16,336 bases of DNA, from positions 1 through 16,336 of the forward strand of contig JAEOUH010000085.1 of assembly GCA_016839365.1 (NCBI GenBank), given 5' to 3'. Position 1 is the first letter of the stretch. Each line of letters opens with the position of its first letter. The translations under genes were made by a program, and so were the position numbers. The notes under the pieces were generated by a model. That model saw only the letters and a program-made list of their open reading frames with translations, was not told where the DNA came from and did not search any database. The DNA comes from Candidatus Hermodarchaeota archaeon (GTDB lineage Archaea; Asgardarchaeota; Hermodarchaeia; Hermodarchaeales; Hermodarchaeaceae). Shown piece by piece: positions 15,928-16,336 of this stretch.

Positions 15928-16336
15928 ATGGTAGAGGATTCTGCAAGTGAACGAGATGAGTTTGGAGTCATTTTAGAACAGCTACGTAAAACGCAAGCAG
16001 CTATGCGTGTATTAATCCGGGGCATCCGAGATACAAAGAATCAAGCCTGGGAGTGGCGGAAGCGAAGAGACGAATTACGTGCGGAAACCCCTGTGGTACA
16101 CGATGAGCTTTCGAACCGACGGGCGACCAGAGATGAGTTAAACGAAGATGTTCAGCGACAGAAAAAACTCCGCGACGAGGCAAATGAACAGGCTCGTGTA
16201 TTAAATGAACAACTCCAAAAGTTAAGAGAGCAGCGAGGTTCCCACAGAAATATCGTGCCACTAGAGGAGCTGCAGCGTCGATTTCGCGAGTTGGAATGGA
16301 AACAGCAAACCACTTCATTATCAGTGGAAGAAGAGA
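15928..16336 (+). CDS. Archaeal coiled-coil protein (COG1340-like), 3'-truncated; absent from the supplied ORF track
   Basis: Hand translation from ATG 15928 gives MVEDSASERDEF...RRDELR...RDELNEDVQRQKKLRDEANEQ...LEELQRRFRELEWKQQTTSLSVEEE, with no stop before the edge. Repeated RDE motifs and LExxQQTxxLSxEEE are typical of this family. Confidence 0.82.
   Translation, partial: MVEDSASERDEFGVILEQLRKTQAAMRVLIRGIRDTKNQAWEWRKRRDELRAETPVVHDELSNRRATRDELNEDVQRQKKLRDEANEQARVLNEQLQKLREQRGSHRNIVPLEELQRRFRELEWKQQTTSLSVEEE

Noticed and set aside
16001-16318. Minus-strand 105-aa ORF from the track
   Set aside because: It is antisense to a recognisable + strand coiled-coil gene starting at 15928.

Overview
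Gene-dense archaeal window, most likely from an Asgard archaeon. This is inferred from GGTGA Shine-Dalgarno motifs, BRE/TATA-like promoters, an archaeal COG1340-type coiled-coil gene, a Bet3/TRAPPC3-like gene and three gelsolin-like genes. It holds 16 supportable CDS: a 5'-partial PmbA/TldE, a B12-binding radical SAM protein (Grs/Gms-like family), a Sir2 deacylase, an FGGY kinase next to a LarA-family racemase/epimerase, a Zn-domain/wHTH protein, a Bet3/V4R protein, a class II HMG-CoA reductase, a beta-CASP nuclease, a small ACT-like protein, an archaeal membrane protein, an M24 aminopeptidase, a 3'-partial coiled-coil gene missed by the ORF track, and three divergent paralogs. The paralogs are the most interesting signal. 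Each has an N-terminal gelsolin-like domain with a G-x2-h-G-x3-h-G insert, a flexible linker, and a shared unrecognised alpha-beta-meander-alpha C-terminal domain. They lie within about 7 kb of the Bet3-like gene and may form an undescribed actin- or trafficking-related module. All family calls come from motif recognition by eye; no searches were run. I saw no rRNA, tRNA, CRISPR array or mobile element.
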